A stretch of DNA of 64,000 bases from Mobula hypostoma (Eukaryota), in NCBI RefSeq assembly GCF_963921235.1, contig NC_086097.1, positions 250,854,001-250,918,000 on the forward strand. Reading direction: 5' to 3'. Made by a program: the position numbers and the translations under genes. The notes below the pieces were generated by a model, which saw nothing but the letters and a program-made list of their open reading frames with translations, was not told the DNA's origin and made no database searches. This document shows positions 24,488 through 37,705 of the stretch, one piece after another (the first letter of the stretch is position 1; each line of letters opens with the position of its first letter).

Positions 24488-25372
24488 GCATGTCTGTGTA
24501 TGTAACAAGGGAGGCAACATGTTTGAGTTCACACGCACCCTCAACCCCTTTTGATAAAGATTCCTGGCTCAGAATCTGTCATTAGCTACAACAGAATGTA
24601 GAGGCAGGGGATTTAATGTCTGGCTGAACTAATCACTGTTTAAAGAATTGCCTGTAAAATGGCAGATTTTGCATTTTTACTAACTTCACGGTAAAACAGC
24701 TGCCATTTAATCTTAATGACTAATCCAGGAACCCATCATTTAAAAAAAAATCACAGGGGGTGGGGTTTGTAGCGTGGTGGTCGTTTTGCAAGCGCCAATT
24801 ATTACATCAGGGTTCAGTTCCTGCTGCTCTCTGTAAGGCGTTTGTACGTTCTCCCCGTTTTCTGCAGGTGCTTCTCCCACATTCCAAACATGTAAGGTTA
24901 GGAAATTAACCAAATTTCCCTCGGGACTAACGAAACCAAATTTCTCTCAGGATTAATAAAGTATATCTATCTACCTATCTAGGGCTAATAAGTTGTGGGT
25001 ATACTATGTTGGCACTGGAAGCCTGGTGACACCTACTTCTTGCTGACTTGATTTGATTCAACGACAGAGTTCACTATATGTAATAATTAGTTTGCCATTT
25101 TATTGAAATATAACCAAAACCTGGTTTACAATGTTCAGCAGGGCTCAGCATATTTAAGGGGAACCTGAGGGGGATCTTCACAGGGTGGTGAGAGTGTGGA
25201 GCCAGCTGCCAGCAGAAGTGGTGGACACGTGTTCGATTTCAACGTTTAAGAGTAGTTTGTATAGATAGACGGAGGGCTATGGCCCAGGTGCAGATTGATG
25301 GGACTTGGCACTGACTAGATGGGCTGAAGGGCCCATTTCCGTGCTGTAGTGCTTTATGACTCTATGACTTAC

Positions 25373-25573
25373 CTGACAGTTCCCCATTTCTCAGGCAGGT
25401 ACAAGAGAGGAGGTCATGAGTCAGACAATCAGAGTCTTCATCCAATTCAAAAAGATTTCTAAGTTCTTCCAGGGAAAAGCTGGCATGGTCTCTCTTCTTT
25501 TTCAGGTCAACCACTGCCCCAGATAAACTTTGTTTACTAATCTGTCGCTGATAAATTTTCTCTTCTATCGTTC
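25373..25573 (-). CDS. RAD54B: RAD54B penultimate exon
   Basis: 201 nt, (G)TIEEKIYQRQISKQSLSGAVVDLKKKRDHASFSLEELRNLFELDEDSDCLTHDLLSCTCLRNGELS. Acceptor ttcatctgttatag, donor G|GTAAGT. Confidence 0.95.
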
Positions 25574-28500
25574 CTATAACAGATGAAAAAGTTAGTGACC
25601 AGTCACTTACTTACAACTCATCTTGTACACCCTGACCAAGTCACCTCTCATCCTCCTTCACTCCAGAAAGAAAAGCCGTAACTCATTTAACATGTCCTCA
25701 TAAAACTACTCTTTAATCCAGGCAGCATCCTGGGAAATCTCAGGGTGGCCTGGTGGTAGTGGTTAGCACGACCAGTGACCCTGGGTTCAATTCCCACCGT
25801 CGCCCGTAGCAGGCTATTTGTTCTCCCCGTGACTGTGTAGGTTTTCTCAGGATGCCCACTTTCCTCCCACAGTCCAAAGACATACCAGTTGGTAGGTTAA
25901 CTAGTCATTGTAAACTGTCCCGTGATTAGGTTCGGATTAAATCAGGGGAATATTGGGCAGCACAGTTTGAAGGGCTGGAAGAGACGATGCCACACTGTAT
26001 CTCAATAAATTAAAAATAAGCTCCTCTGCACCATCTCTAAAGCCTCAATATCCTTCCTGTAATGAGGTGACCAGAACTGAATACAATAGTCCAAGTGTAG
26101 TCTAACCAGGGTTTTACAGAGCTGCAACATTATCTTTCAGCTCTTAAACTCAAAGAGAAGTTAAAACCAAATTCTAAATCACATTTCAACAGAGTTGCAA
26201 AATCAATAATGATCAGAGAATACCAGTGGACTTCAGCTGAATATTACAATTATATAAAAGCATTAACACGGGAAAATGAGCTTTACTCACGGAAACGCTG
26301 TTTATTAGTTAATCCGAGGATTAAGTGATTAAACATTTTTCAATTCAATCACAATCAAATAAGCTAGAGAAAGCAGCCAGCAGAATATCAGGGATAAATT
26401 TGAGTTTATAAACATCTGGGACAATACAACCTCCTGGGATATCAACATATTTTCCTCTGTTTTCAAAAAAAAATGAGAAGGGTACATCTTTTCTCAACAT
26501 ATATAGAGAAAGGTGCCAGAAAAGAGCTAGTAACATCATGAAGGATCTCACCCACCCTGCTCATGGACTGTCTGTCCCACTCCCATCAGGGAGGAGGCCA
26601 CACAGCGTCCACACCAGGACCACCAGACTCAAAACCGGTTACTTTCTCCAAGCAGTAAGGCTGATCAACACCTCCACCCACTAACCCTCCCCTCCACACC
26701 CCCAACTATCACTACATTATCATTTCCAGTCAGTCACCTTATGTACAGACACTCCTGTGCCTAGCGTCATCTTATGGACATACAATCAATCTATGTATAT
26801 AGGCTATCTTATGTATTTATATTGATTGTATTTTCTCATTATTATTCTGTTCTTTATCTTGTTGTCATTTTTTTGTGCTGCATTGTGTACCCAGAGTAAC
26901 AACTATTTCGTTCTCTTGCATACAGAAAATGACATTAAGCAGTCTTGGATGATCCCACCTGGTCCCTCAATATGAAGGCACAGCAGCACCTCCACTTCCT
27001 GAGGAGATTGCAGCAAGCAAGGCCTCCCCCCCACCCCCAACCCCATCTTAACTGAATTTTATAGTAGCACCACTGGGAGCATCCTGACAACTTGCATTTC
27101 CATCTGGTATGGGAGCAGTCGAGCATTGGACTGCAAGTCCCTACAAAGGGCTGAGAGAATGGCTGAGAGGACCAGAGGGGTCTCTCTTCTATCCATCGGG
27201 GACATTTATCAGGAGTGCTGCATACACAGGGCCCTTAGCATTATCAAGGATCCCACCCATCCCTACAGTAAAGTCTTTGACTTTCTACCATCAGGCACGA
27301 GACTCTGATGCATAAAAACAAGAACGGTCAGGATGGGAACCAGCTTCTTCCCCCAAGCCATTAGGCTTCTGAACACTGTTGCATTGCATTCAAAGTGTCA
27401 CTGGATAATTTGTACTGTACACACAATATTTAACTTAAGCACTTCACTTTGTTTACCTATGCACATTTCTTACTTCCTAAGTTATTGTGTGTTATGTGTA
27501 CTACTGTGCTATACACCCTGGACAGGAGAAATGATGTCTTGTTTGATATTACGCATGATAAATGACAATCAACTTGACTTGACTTGAATCATGAATAATT
27601 TTCACCTTGTCCTTCGTTATTTATGATGTAGTGGCCATTACAGAGACTTGGCTGGCATCAGGGCAGGAATGGATTCTCAATATCCCTGGATTTCAGTGTT
27701 TTAAAAGGGATAGAGAGGGTGGAAAAAGGGGAGGAGGGGTGGCATTACTAGTCAGGAATACAGCTACAGAAAGGGTGGGTAATGTAGCAGGATCCTCTTT
27801 TGAGTCAGTATGGGTGGAAGTCAGGAACAGGAAGGGAGCAGTTACTCTGTTGGGAGTATTCTATAGGCCCCCTGGTAGCAGCAGAGATACAGGGGAGCAG
27901 ATTGGGAGGCAGATTTCGGAAAGGTGCAAAAATAACAGGGTTGTTATCATGGGTGACTTTAACTTCCCTAATGGCACCTGATTAGTTCCAAGGGTTTAAA
28001 TGGGGCAGAGTTTGTTAAGTATGTCCAGGACGGATTCCTGTCACAGTATGTTGACAGGCCGACTAGGGGGAATGCCATATTAGATCTAGTACTAGGTAAT
28101 GAACCGGGTCAGGTCACAGACCTCTCAGTGGGTGAGCATCTGGGGGACAGTGACCACCACTCCCTGGCCTTTAGCATTATCATGGAAAAGGATAGAATCA
28201 GAGAGGACAGGAACATTTTTAATTGGGGAAGGGCAAATTATGAGGCTATAAGGATAGAACTTGCGGGTGTGAACTGGGATGATGTTTTTGCAGGGAAATG
28301 TACTATGTACTATGTACTATGGACATGCGGTCGATGTTTAGAGATCTCTTGCAGGATGTTAGGGATAAATTTGTCCAAGTGAGGAAGATAAAGAATGGTA
28401 CGGTGAAGGAACAAGTGAGGTGGAAAATCTAGTCAGGTGGAAGAAGGCAGCATACATGAGGTTTAGGAAGCAGGGATCAGATGGGTCTATTGAGGAATAT

Positions 28501-28708
28501 AGGAAAGCAAGAAAAGAGCTTAAGGAGGGGCTGAGAAGAGCAAGAAGGGGGCATGAGAAGGCCTTGGTGAGTAGGGTAAAGGAAAACCCCAAGGCATTCT
28601 TCAAATATGTGAAGAAAAATAGGATGATAGGAGTGAAGGTAGGACCAATTAGAGATAAAGGTGGGAAGATGTGCCTGGAGGCTGTGGAAGTGAGCAAGGT
28701 CCTCAATG

Positions 28709-28845
28709 CAAACAACAGGAATTCTGCAGATGCTGGAAATTCAAGTAACACACATCAAAGTTGCTGGTGAACGCAGCAGGCCAGGCAGCATCTATAGGAA
28801 GAGGTGCAGTCGACGTTTCCGGCCGAGACCCTTCGTCAGGACTAA
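28709..28845 (-). mobile_element. Short Penelope terminal-repeat insertion inside a CR1
   Basis: Homologous to 21675-21779; flanking duplication CTCAATG at 28702-28708 and 28846-28852. Confidence 0.85.
28808..28843 (-). ncRNA. Minimal hammerhead ribozyme motif
   Basis: Reverse complement AGTC-CTGACGA-AGGGTCTCGGCCG-GAAAC-GTC-GACT. Confidence 0.7.
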
Positions 28846-31329
28846 CTCAATGAATACTTCTCTTCGGTATTCACCAATGAGAGGGAACTTGATGATGGTG
28901 AGGACAATATGAGTGAGGTTGATGTTCTGGAGCATGTTGATATTAAGGGAGAGGAGGTGTTGGAGTTGTTAAAATACATTAGGACAGATAAGTCCCTGGG
29001 GCCTGACGGAATATTCCCCAGGCTGCTCCACGAGGCGAGGGAAGAGATTGCTGAGCCTCTGGCTAGGATCCTTATGTCCTTGTTGTCCACAGGAATGGTA
29101 CCGGAGGATTGGAGGGAGGCGAATGTTGTCCCCTTGTTCGAAAAAGGTAGTAGGGATAGTCTGGGTAATTATAGACCAGTGAGCCTTACATCTGTGGTGG
29201 GAAAGCTGTTGGAAAAGATCCTTAGAGATAGGATCTATGGGCATTTAGAGAATCATGGTCTGATCAGGGACAGTCAGCATGGCTTTGTGAAGGGCAGATC
29301 GTGTCTAACAAGCCTGATAGAGTCCTTTGAGGAGGTGACCAGGCATATAGGTGAGGGTAGTGCAGTGGATGTGATCTATATGGATTTCAGTAAGGCATTT
29401 GACAAGGTTCCACACAGTAGGCTTATTCAGAAAGTCAGAAGGCATGGGATCCAGGGAAGTTTGGCCAGGTGGTTTCAGAATTGGCTTGCCTGCAGAAGGC
29501 AGAGGGTCATGGTGGAGGGAGTACATTCAGATTGGAGGATTATGACTAGTGGTGTCCCACAGGGATCTGTTCTGGGACCTCTACTTTTCGTGATTTTTAT
29601 TAACGACCTTGATGTGGGGGTAGAAGGGTGGGTTGGCAAGTTTGCAGACGACACAAAGGTTGGTGGTGTTGTATATAGTGTAGAGGATTGTCAAAGATTG
29701 CAGAGAGACATTGATAGGATGCAGAAGTGGGCTGAGAAGTGGCAGATGGAGTTCAACCCGGAGAAGTGTGAGGTGGTACTCTTTGGAAGGACAAACTCCA
29801 AGGCAGAGTACAAAGTAAATGGCAGGATACTTGGTAGTGTGGAAGAGCAGAGGGATCTGGGGGTACATGTCCACAGATCCCTGAAAGTTGCCTCACAGGT
29901 GGATAGGGTAGTTAAGAAAGCTTATGGGGGGTTAGCTTTCATAAGTCGAGGGATAGAGTTTAAGAGTCACGGTGTAATGATGCAGCTCTATAAAACTCTG
30001 GTTAGGCCACAGTTGGAGTACTGTGTCCAGTTCTGGTTGCCTCACAATAGGAAGGATGTTGAAGCATTGGAAAGGGTACAGAGGAGATTTACCAGGATGC
30101 TGCCTGGATTAGAGAGTATGCATTATGATCAGAGATTAAGGGAGCTAGGGCTTTACTCTTTGGAGAGAAGGAGGATGAGAGGAGACATGATAGAGGTGTA
30201 CAAGATAATAAGAGGAATAGATAGAGTGGATAGCCAGCGCCTCTTCCCCAGGGCACCACTGCTCAATACAAGAAGACATGGCTTTAAGGTAAGGGGTGGG
30301 AAGTTCAAGGGGGATATTAGAGGAAGGTTTTTTACTCAGAGAGTGGTTGGTGCGTGGAATGCACTGCCTGAGTCAGTGGTGGAGGCAGATACACTAGTGA
30401 AGTTTAAGAGACTACTAGGCAGGTATATGGAGGAATTTAAGGTGCGGGCTTATATGGGAGACAGGGTTTGAGGGTCGGCACAACATTGTGGGCCGAAGGG
30501 CCTGTACTGTGCTGTATTATTCTATGTTCTATTAGAAAGTGGTGTCAGAATACACTACCCAAACTACTACAGTATTATAGAAGTGTGTATTAGTTCCAAG
30601 CAGTTATTGACAGATGAATTCATCCAGTGCACACTGCTGTGTTCTTTTGATTGACTGTCATATCCTGCTCTCAGGTGACATGGACGATCATTTGGTAATT
30701 TGACAATGGTAATGGTAACTTTACATTCAAAATTTGATCAAGTCTGACCTCGTATCTACATACCTATACTCAAAAGCTGGATAATAACTTGGAGCTGAAG
30801 ACGTGCCTAACCAAATGAAACTAAGACCAGTCAGTTCCTCAGCAAAGGTTCTTCAAACAGAAAGCTTTATTTATCTCAGTTATTCTGCTTAACTAGGACA
30901 GGAGACTCTTGCTGAACAGCTTCTACCTAGCATCAGTCATATGTACTTGTGTGGCAGTTAGATACTACACCGTGCTCAGAGAGAAGTTTTTTAAATAGTA
31001 TCAGTTGCGTGTGTTTGTGTTCAAAAAGCAGAGGTTTTGTCACTGATATTCGATGAGAACTAAGCAGTAGGAAACTTCAGAACTGTTTTGCTCACTGTGG
31101 TTTCAAGCATGAAGGTTTGGAGATTCCAGAAATGGCCAGGAGTGAAAAAGAAACGGTTTCACTACATCAACAAGTTAGTACCTACAAAATATTTGAAGGT
31201 TTAGACAATCATCTTGAACTTTACAAGGAAAATGAAGATTTGAGGGATGCAATAGTCAAAAGCATTGTATGGTAGTATTCCAGGGTTCCAATCAGTGTCT
31301 TCATGATACTTCAAAGAGGTTACTCGCAG

Positions 31330-33798
31330 GTCGGCAAAGCTGGTATAAATGGAGAGCTTCGCGGACGTTCAGACACCCCAGAGGTCCAATCAGCATCAGG
31401 AGCAGAGCACTGCAAATTAGATAGGTGTATAGAAGGGGCAAGCGGTCCAGCCATTGTTGGGAGTGGGCCAGCGATGGGAGAGGGTGCGTCAGGCTTTGAC
31501 TGAAGAGGCTTCAACAAAAAGAGGCTGAGGTCAAAGAAACAGGCTAGAAGATTTGGTCTTGGTTGCCCATTGTACAGTGCAGGCAGGATGGCAGATATGG
31601 CAGTGGAATGCTCCTCCTGTAGGATGTGGGGATTCATGGAACCTGATGGTCTCCCTGATGACCACACGTGCTGGAAGTGCAGCCCACTCCAGCTCATGAA
31701 AGACCGCATTAAGGAGCTGGAGCTGGATGAACTAAGGATCACCCAGGAGGCAGAACAATTGAGAATTAAGGCTTTTGAGCAGGTGGTTACACCCAGAGTG
31801 CAGAATTTGGAGCATAAAGGGGAAGGAAGTCAGTGCAGGGTCCCCCTGTGGCCATTCCACTCAGCAACAGGTATACCCCTTTGGATACTGCTGAGGGGAA
31901 TGACCTATCTGGGCAAGGCAGCAGCAGCCAGACCAATAGCACTGTGGTCGGCTCTAAGCCTCAGAAGGGTTAGGCGAAGTCAGGTAGAGCAATAGTCATA
32001 GGGGACTCGATAGTAGGGGAGAGGCAGGAAATTCTGTGGTAACAAAACAGACACCAGGAGAGTATGTTGCCTCCCAGGTGCTAGGGTCCAGGATGTCTCT
32101 GAGCGGTTGCAGAATATTCTTGAAGGGGAGGGTGAGCACCTGAAGGTCGTGGTACATGTTGGTACCAATGACATAGACGGGAGAGAAGTAGAAGTCCTGT
32201 GCAGTAAGTTCAGGGAGTTAGGAAGGAGGCTGAAGGGCAGGATCTCCAAGGTGGTAATCTCCAGATTACTCCCCGTGTCACGAGCTAGTGAAGGTCAGAA
32301 CAGGAAGATAGCGCAGATGGATGAGCGGCTGAGGAGATGGTGCACAGGGCAGGGTTTCATCTTCTTGGATCATTGGAACCATTTCTGGGGAAAGGGTGAC
32401 CTGTTCAAGTGGGATGTTTTGCACCTGAACTGGAGGGGATCCAATATTCTGGGAGGGCAGTTTGCTAATGCTATTGGGGAGGGTTTAAACTAGATTTGCA
32501 GGGGGGTGGGAACTGAAGTGAAGAGGCAGAGGATGGGGTGGTTGGTGCACAAGTAGTGACAGCTTGTTGGGAGTTTATGAGGAAGGATAGGCAGATGATA
32601 GAGCAGAGAGGCACTCACCCAGATGGTTTGAGATGTGTCTATTTTAATGCAAGGAGTATCATAAACAAGGTGGTGAACGTAGAGCATGGATCAATGTGTG
32701 GAACTGTGACGTTGTGGCCATTACAGAGACTTGGACGACTTAGGGGCAGGAATGGCTGCTGAGAGTTCCATGCTATAGCTGTTTCAAAATAGACAGGGAA
32801 GGAGGCAAAAGAGCGGGGAGGAGTGGCACTGCTAATCAAGGATAGAATCATGGCTGCAGAAAAGAAGGGAGACATGGAGGGATTGTCTATTGTGTCATTG
32901 TGGGTGGAAGTCAGAAACAGGAAGGGGGCAATAACTCTACCAAGTTTTTTTAATAGACCCCCCAACAGTAAAGAGACATCGAGGGGCAGATAGGAAAGCA
33001 GATTCTGGAACAGTGCAATAATAATAGGGTTGTTGTAATGGGTGACTTTAACTTTCTTTATATTGACTGCCATTTCCTTAGAGCAAGGGGTTTAGATGGA
33101 GTGGTGTTAGGTGTGTTCAGGAAGGTTTCGTAACGCAAAGTGTAGGTAAGACAACTGGAGGAGAGGCTGTACTTGAGCTGGTATTGGGAAATGAAACTGG
33201 TTTACTGATAACACAAAAGTTGGGAGAGGATACAATAGGGCCTTTTAAGAGACTCTTAGATAGGTACATGGAGGCCTGTCAGAGGTGACAGCGACACCAA
33301 TAGGAGGAAGGATGTGGATACTATAGAGAAAGTGCAGAGGAGATTGATAGGGATGATTCCTGGATTGGGGAGCATGCCTTATGAGAATAGTTGAGTAAAC
33401 TTGGCCTTTTCTCCTTGGAGCGACGGAGGATGAGAGGTGACCTGATAGATGTGTTTAAGATGATGAGAGGCATTGATCATGTGGATAACCAGAGGCTTTT
33501 TCCCAGGGCTGAAATGGCTAACATGAGGGGGCACAGTTTTAAGGTGCTTGGAAGCAGGTACAAGGGAGCTGTCAGAGGTAACTGAGTGGTGGGTGTGTGG
33601 AATGCACTGCCAGTGATGGTGGTAGAAGCTGATACAATAGGGTCTTTTAAGAGACTCTTAGATAGGTACATGGAGCTTAGAAAAATCAAGGGCTATATAG
33701 TAGGGAAATTCTAGGCGGTTTTTAGAGTAGGTTACATGGTCAGCACAACATTGTGGGCCAAAGGGCCTGTAATGTGCTGTAGATTTCTAAGTTCTATG
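31330..33798 (+). mobile_element. CR1 with 5' UTR, ORF1 (Cys finger, coiled coil, esterase), APE, internal deletion of most of RT, and 3' end
   Basis: CSSCRMW..HTCWKC, IGDSIV, HVGTND, DVLHLN, YFNARS; 3' end at 33300-33798. Confidence 0.88.
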
Positions 33799-34013
33799 AT
33801 GGAATCCACCATCTGCACTAGGTGCCTGCATTGATTTTGTTTATTTACAGTCAAAGAACATGGCAGCGTACACTGGGTGAACTCCTCTGTTGATAACTAT
33901 TAAGAACTAAGATGCAGTTTTATAGTACTGTAGTAGTTTTGATAGTGTTCTAATTTGTTCTACATTTCATTTAAATACCTTTGTTACTCAGTTAAACCAT
34001 AGTTTGTCTTTTT

Positions 34014-34412
34014 CATAGTCATAGTCATAGTCATATTTTATTGATCCCGAGGGAAATTGGTTGCACCATAAATAATTAAATAGTAATAAAACCATAAATA
34101 GTTAAATAGTAATATGTAAATTATGCAAGGAAATAAGTCCAGGACCAGCCTATTGGCTCAGGGTATCTGACCCTCCAAGGGAGGAGTTGTAAAGTTTGAT
34201 GGCCACAGGCAGGAATGACTTCCTATGATGCTCTGTGTTGCATCTCGGTGGAATGAGTCTCTGGCTGAATGTACTCCTGTGCCCAACCAGTACATTATGT
34301 AGTGGATGGGAGACATTGACCAAGATGGCATGCAACTTAGACAGCATCCTCTTTTCAGACACCACCGTCAGAGAGTCCAGTTCCATCCCCACAACATCAC
34401 TGGCCTTACGAA
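34014..34412 (-). mobile_element. Rex1/Babar-like 3' end with (GACTAT)n tail
   Basis: SHPLH...RLIPPRCNTE..RKSFLPVAIKLYN followed by the microsatellite tail. Confidence 0.85.
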
Positions 34413-36378
34413 TGACTATTAACTATGCCTATGCCTTTTAACTATTTTCATGAAACTTTAGCTAATTTAGGCAGCTACTTAATTGGGCCAAGATGTACTG
34501 GTTCCAAAGCAACCCAAGTAACTGGAATCCACCAGTCATCAGGAATCAATCAGGTATTGATGTAATACTGTGTGTTTATACTTCATGAAATACTATAACA
34601 ATGTACTTACTGTACATGACATAAATACAACTTTTTCCTTCAACTTTTCTTCTGTCTCCTGGTTAAGGTGTAAATGAATATGTAAAATAGTGCTGAATAT
34701 CAAACTGAATTCACACCTATAGGCAACAAAACATTACAGCCCAGTACAGGCTCTTTGGCCCACAATGTTGTGCCAACCTTTTAACCTACTCTTAGATCAA
34801 TCTAACCCTTCCCTCCTTTGTAGCCCTCCATTTTTCTGTCATCCATCCATCCAAGAGTTTCTTAAATGTCTCTGGCTCTGCCTCCACCGTCGTCCCTGCC
34901 AGTGTGTTCCATTCACCACCAATCTCTGTAAACATTTACTTCTGACATCCCCCTATATTTTCCTCATATCAGCTGAAAGTTATGCTTCATAGAAAAGAAC
35001 AGGTAGAAGAACAACATCCATCCACCTATCTCATCAACCCAGCCAAGATATTTACCAGGATCGCTGTGCACACGGGGCCCTTAGCAATATCGAGGATCAC
35101 TCCCATCCATCCTGCAATATCTTTGACCTCCAACCATCAGGCAGGAGGTACCGTAGCATTAGAACAAGGAGTGTTTTGATGGGAAATAGCTTCTTCCCCC
35201 AGGCCATAAAACTACAGAACTCCCTGACACCTCCCACACCTCATCATGTATGAAGCTCCAGAAGTGTTATACAGTTTACTTTCTAACTTATGCTAAGTAT
35301 AAACCTTCTGGATTTGTTAATTTACTTGTGTTAATATTACTTTTGGGCTGGCTGGCGGTGTAGTGGCATCAGCACTGGACTTCGAGATGGAGGGTCCTGA
35401 GTTAAAATTTGGCCGGGTCCCAGCCTGGGCAGCAGCAGTATCTGTGTGGGAGAAAGGCCTGGCAATCTGCTCTTGTATCTTGTCACAAAACCCTACAGAC
35501 AACTACACTATCCTATGAGTCGATGGCAGCTCCACCACAAAAATAATACTACTTTATGTGTTCTGTGTGTGAGTTATATGTACTGTGTTGGTCTGGAGGA
35601 ACAGTGTTTCATTTGGTAGTATACATGTGTACAGTTGAATGACAACAAACTTGAACAACAAAATAACCCAAGTGAATTTTTAAACTTGTGAAACAGAGTA
35701 GTGAAGATACTGCATTCAGATAAAATTAATAAAATTTAATCAGTTTAGTCAAAACTTAATAAATAAAACAGTTATAAATGCTAATTCTATAAAACCAATG
35801 AAATGTCATGGAAAAAAAATAGAAAATGAGAATTTATAAAGGGACTCAATAACTACTTAACAGGGTTGTAGATGGTGACATCTATGTACATTGGTAACAA
35901 ACTTATTTTGAACTTTGAACATCATGCCAGTTCAGTTCAAAATCTGCAACTTTGTGATTCGAAGCTTCCCGATGTGATGGGTTGCACCCAGCAACAAAAA
36001 ACCTGAGACAGATATGGATATATAAACCTGTCTACGTTTTCTAGTGATTTGTTGAAATGGAAAATAGCATTTTCTCGGCAAACTTCGATCATTCTTCAAA
36101 TGCTAAAAATAACAGATCAGGTTTCCATACACAGGCAATCTTTTCCATTTATAATTCAATCTGTGTACATTTATTAGAGCAAGGAACACTACAAGGTTCC
36201 TTTCTAATAACACTCAAAAGTATTTTGGTTAAAAGGTTTCTAAATTTTGAAACTGTTTGGACATATAGCATGAAATATATCCAATTTAGTGCTCTGGTTT
36301 ATCTGTTCATTAGCACAAATTCTGCCATCTTGTGGCCGGTTAGCGTAACTGATGTTATACAATCCTAATGATTTAGAC

Positions 36379-36457
36379 CAAGGTTCCCAACCCTTTTTAT
36401 GCCTTGGACCCCTACCATTAACCGAAGGGTCCGTGGACCACAAGTTGGAAACCCCTG
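36379..36457. mobile_element. 79-bp hAT MITE
   Basis: TIRs CAAGGTTCCCAAC / GTTGGAAACCCCTG; TSD ATTTAGAC / ATTTAGAA (7 of 8 match). Confidence 0.8.
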
Positions 36458-36479
36458 ATTTAGAACATAAGACATGGGA

Positions 36480-37705
36480 GCAGAATTAGGCCATTTGGTC
36501 CATCGTCTGCTCCGTCATTCCATCATAGCTGATTTATTATCCCTCTAAACCCCATTCTCCTGCCTTCTTCCAGTAACCTTTGATACCCTGGCTAATCGAG
36601 TACCTATCAACCTCTGCTTTAAATATACCCAGTGACTTGATCTCCACATCTGTCTAAACCTCTAATCCTAACAGCATCTGGTTAACTTCCTCTGCCCCCC
36701 TCCACATCCGTCCAGTACGTGTGCTTGCAACTGTGTGTCTGACAGAGTAATCAGCAGCACTGGGGCTCCACAGGGGACTGTCTTGTCTCTCTTTCTCTTC
36801 ACCATTTACACCTCAGACTTCAACTACTGCACAGAGTCTTGTCATCTTCAGAAGTTTTCTGATGACTCTGCCATAGTTGGATGCATCAGCAAGGGAGATG
36901 AGGCTGAGTACAGGGCTACGGAGGGAAACTTTGTCACATGGTGTGAGCAGGATTATCTGCAGCTTAATGTGAAAAAGACTAAGGAGCTGGTGGTAGACCT
37001 GAGGAGAGCTAAGGTACCGGTGACCCCATTTCCATCCAGGGGGCCAGTGTGGACATGGTGGAGGATTACAATTAACTGGGGATACGAATTGACAATAAAC
37101 TGAACTGGTCAAAGAACACTGAGGCTGTCTACAAGAAGGGTCAGAGCTGTCTCTATTTCCTGAGGAGACTGAGGTCCTTTAACATCTGCCGGACGATGCT
37201 GAGGATGTTCTATGAGTCTGTGGTGGCCAGTGCGATCATGTTTGCTGTTGTGTGCTGGGGCAGCAGGCTGAGGGTAGCAGACACCAACAGAATCAACAAA
37301 CTCAATCGTAAGGCCAGTGATGTTGTGGGGATGGAACTGGACTCTCTGATGGTGGTGTCTGAAAAGAGGATAGTCATAGTCATAGTCATATTTTATTGAT
37401 CCCGGGGGAAATTGGTTGCATGCCACCTTGGACAATGTCTCCCATCCACTACATAATGTTCTGGTTGGGCAGAATTAGGCCATTTGGTCCATCATCTGCT
37501 CCGTCATTCCATCATAGCTGATTTATTATCCCTCTAAACCCCATTCTCCTGCCTTCTTCCCATAACCTTTGATGCCCTGGCCAATCAAGTACTTATCAAC
37601 CTCTGCTTTAGATACTGGGTATAGTGACTTGATCTCCACATCTGTCTAAACCTCTAATCCTAACAGCATCTGGTTAACCTCTTCTGCCCCCTCTCCACAT
37701 CCGTC
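36480..37705 (+). repeat. Direct duplication of about 235 bp (36480-36713 and 37469-37705) flanking a Rex-like fragment
   Basis: The two copies align nearly base for base, including a non-CR1 junction segment. Confidence 0.9.
36714..37468 (+). mobile_element. Rex1/Babar-like LINE RT fragment
   Basis: STGAPQGTVLS...KFSDDSAIVG...LNVKKTKELVVD; same family as 34014-34412. Confidence 0.88.

Larger units (their letters stand above)
27625..30530 (+). mobile_element. CR1 LINE ORF2 (broken APE, uninterrupted 520-aa RT and C-terminal part)
   Basis: ITETW and GDFNFP in the APE part; ORF 28909-30471 carries the RT motifs; tail ttctatgttct. Confidence 0.95.
30960..34533 (+). mobile_element. Tigger/pogo-like remnant split by a CR1 (31330-33798) and a Rex-like fragment
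   Basis: NCFAHCGFK at about 31081-31107; terminal-like taactggaatccac near 34520-34532; left boundary uncertain. Confidence 0.45.
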
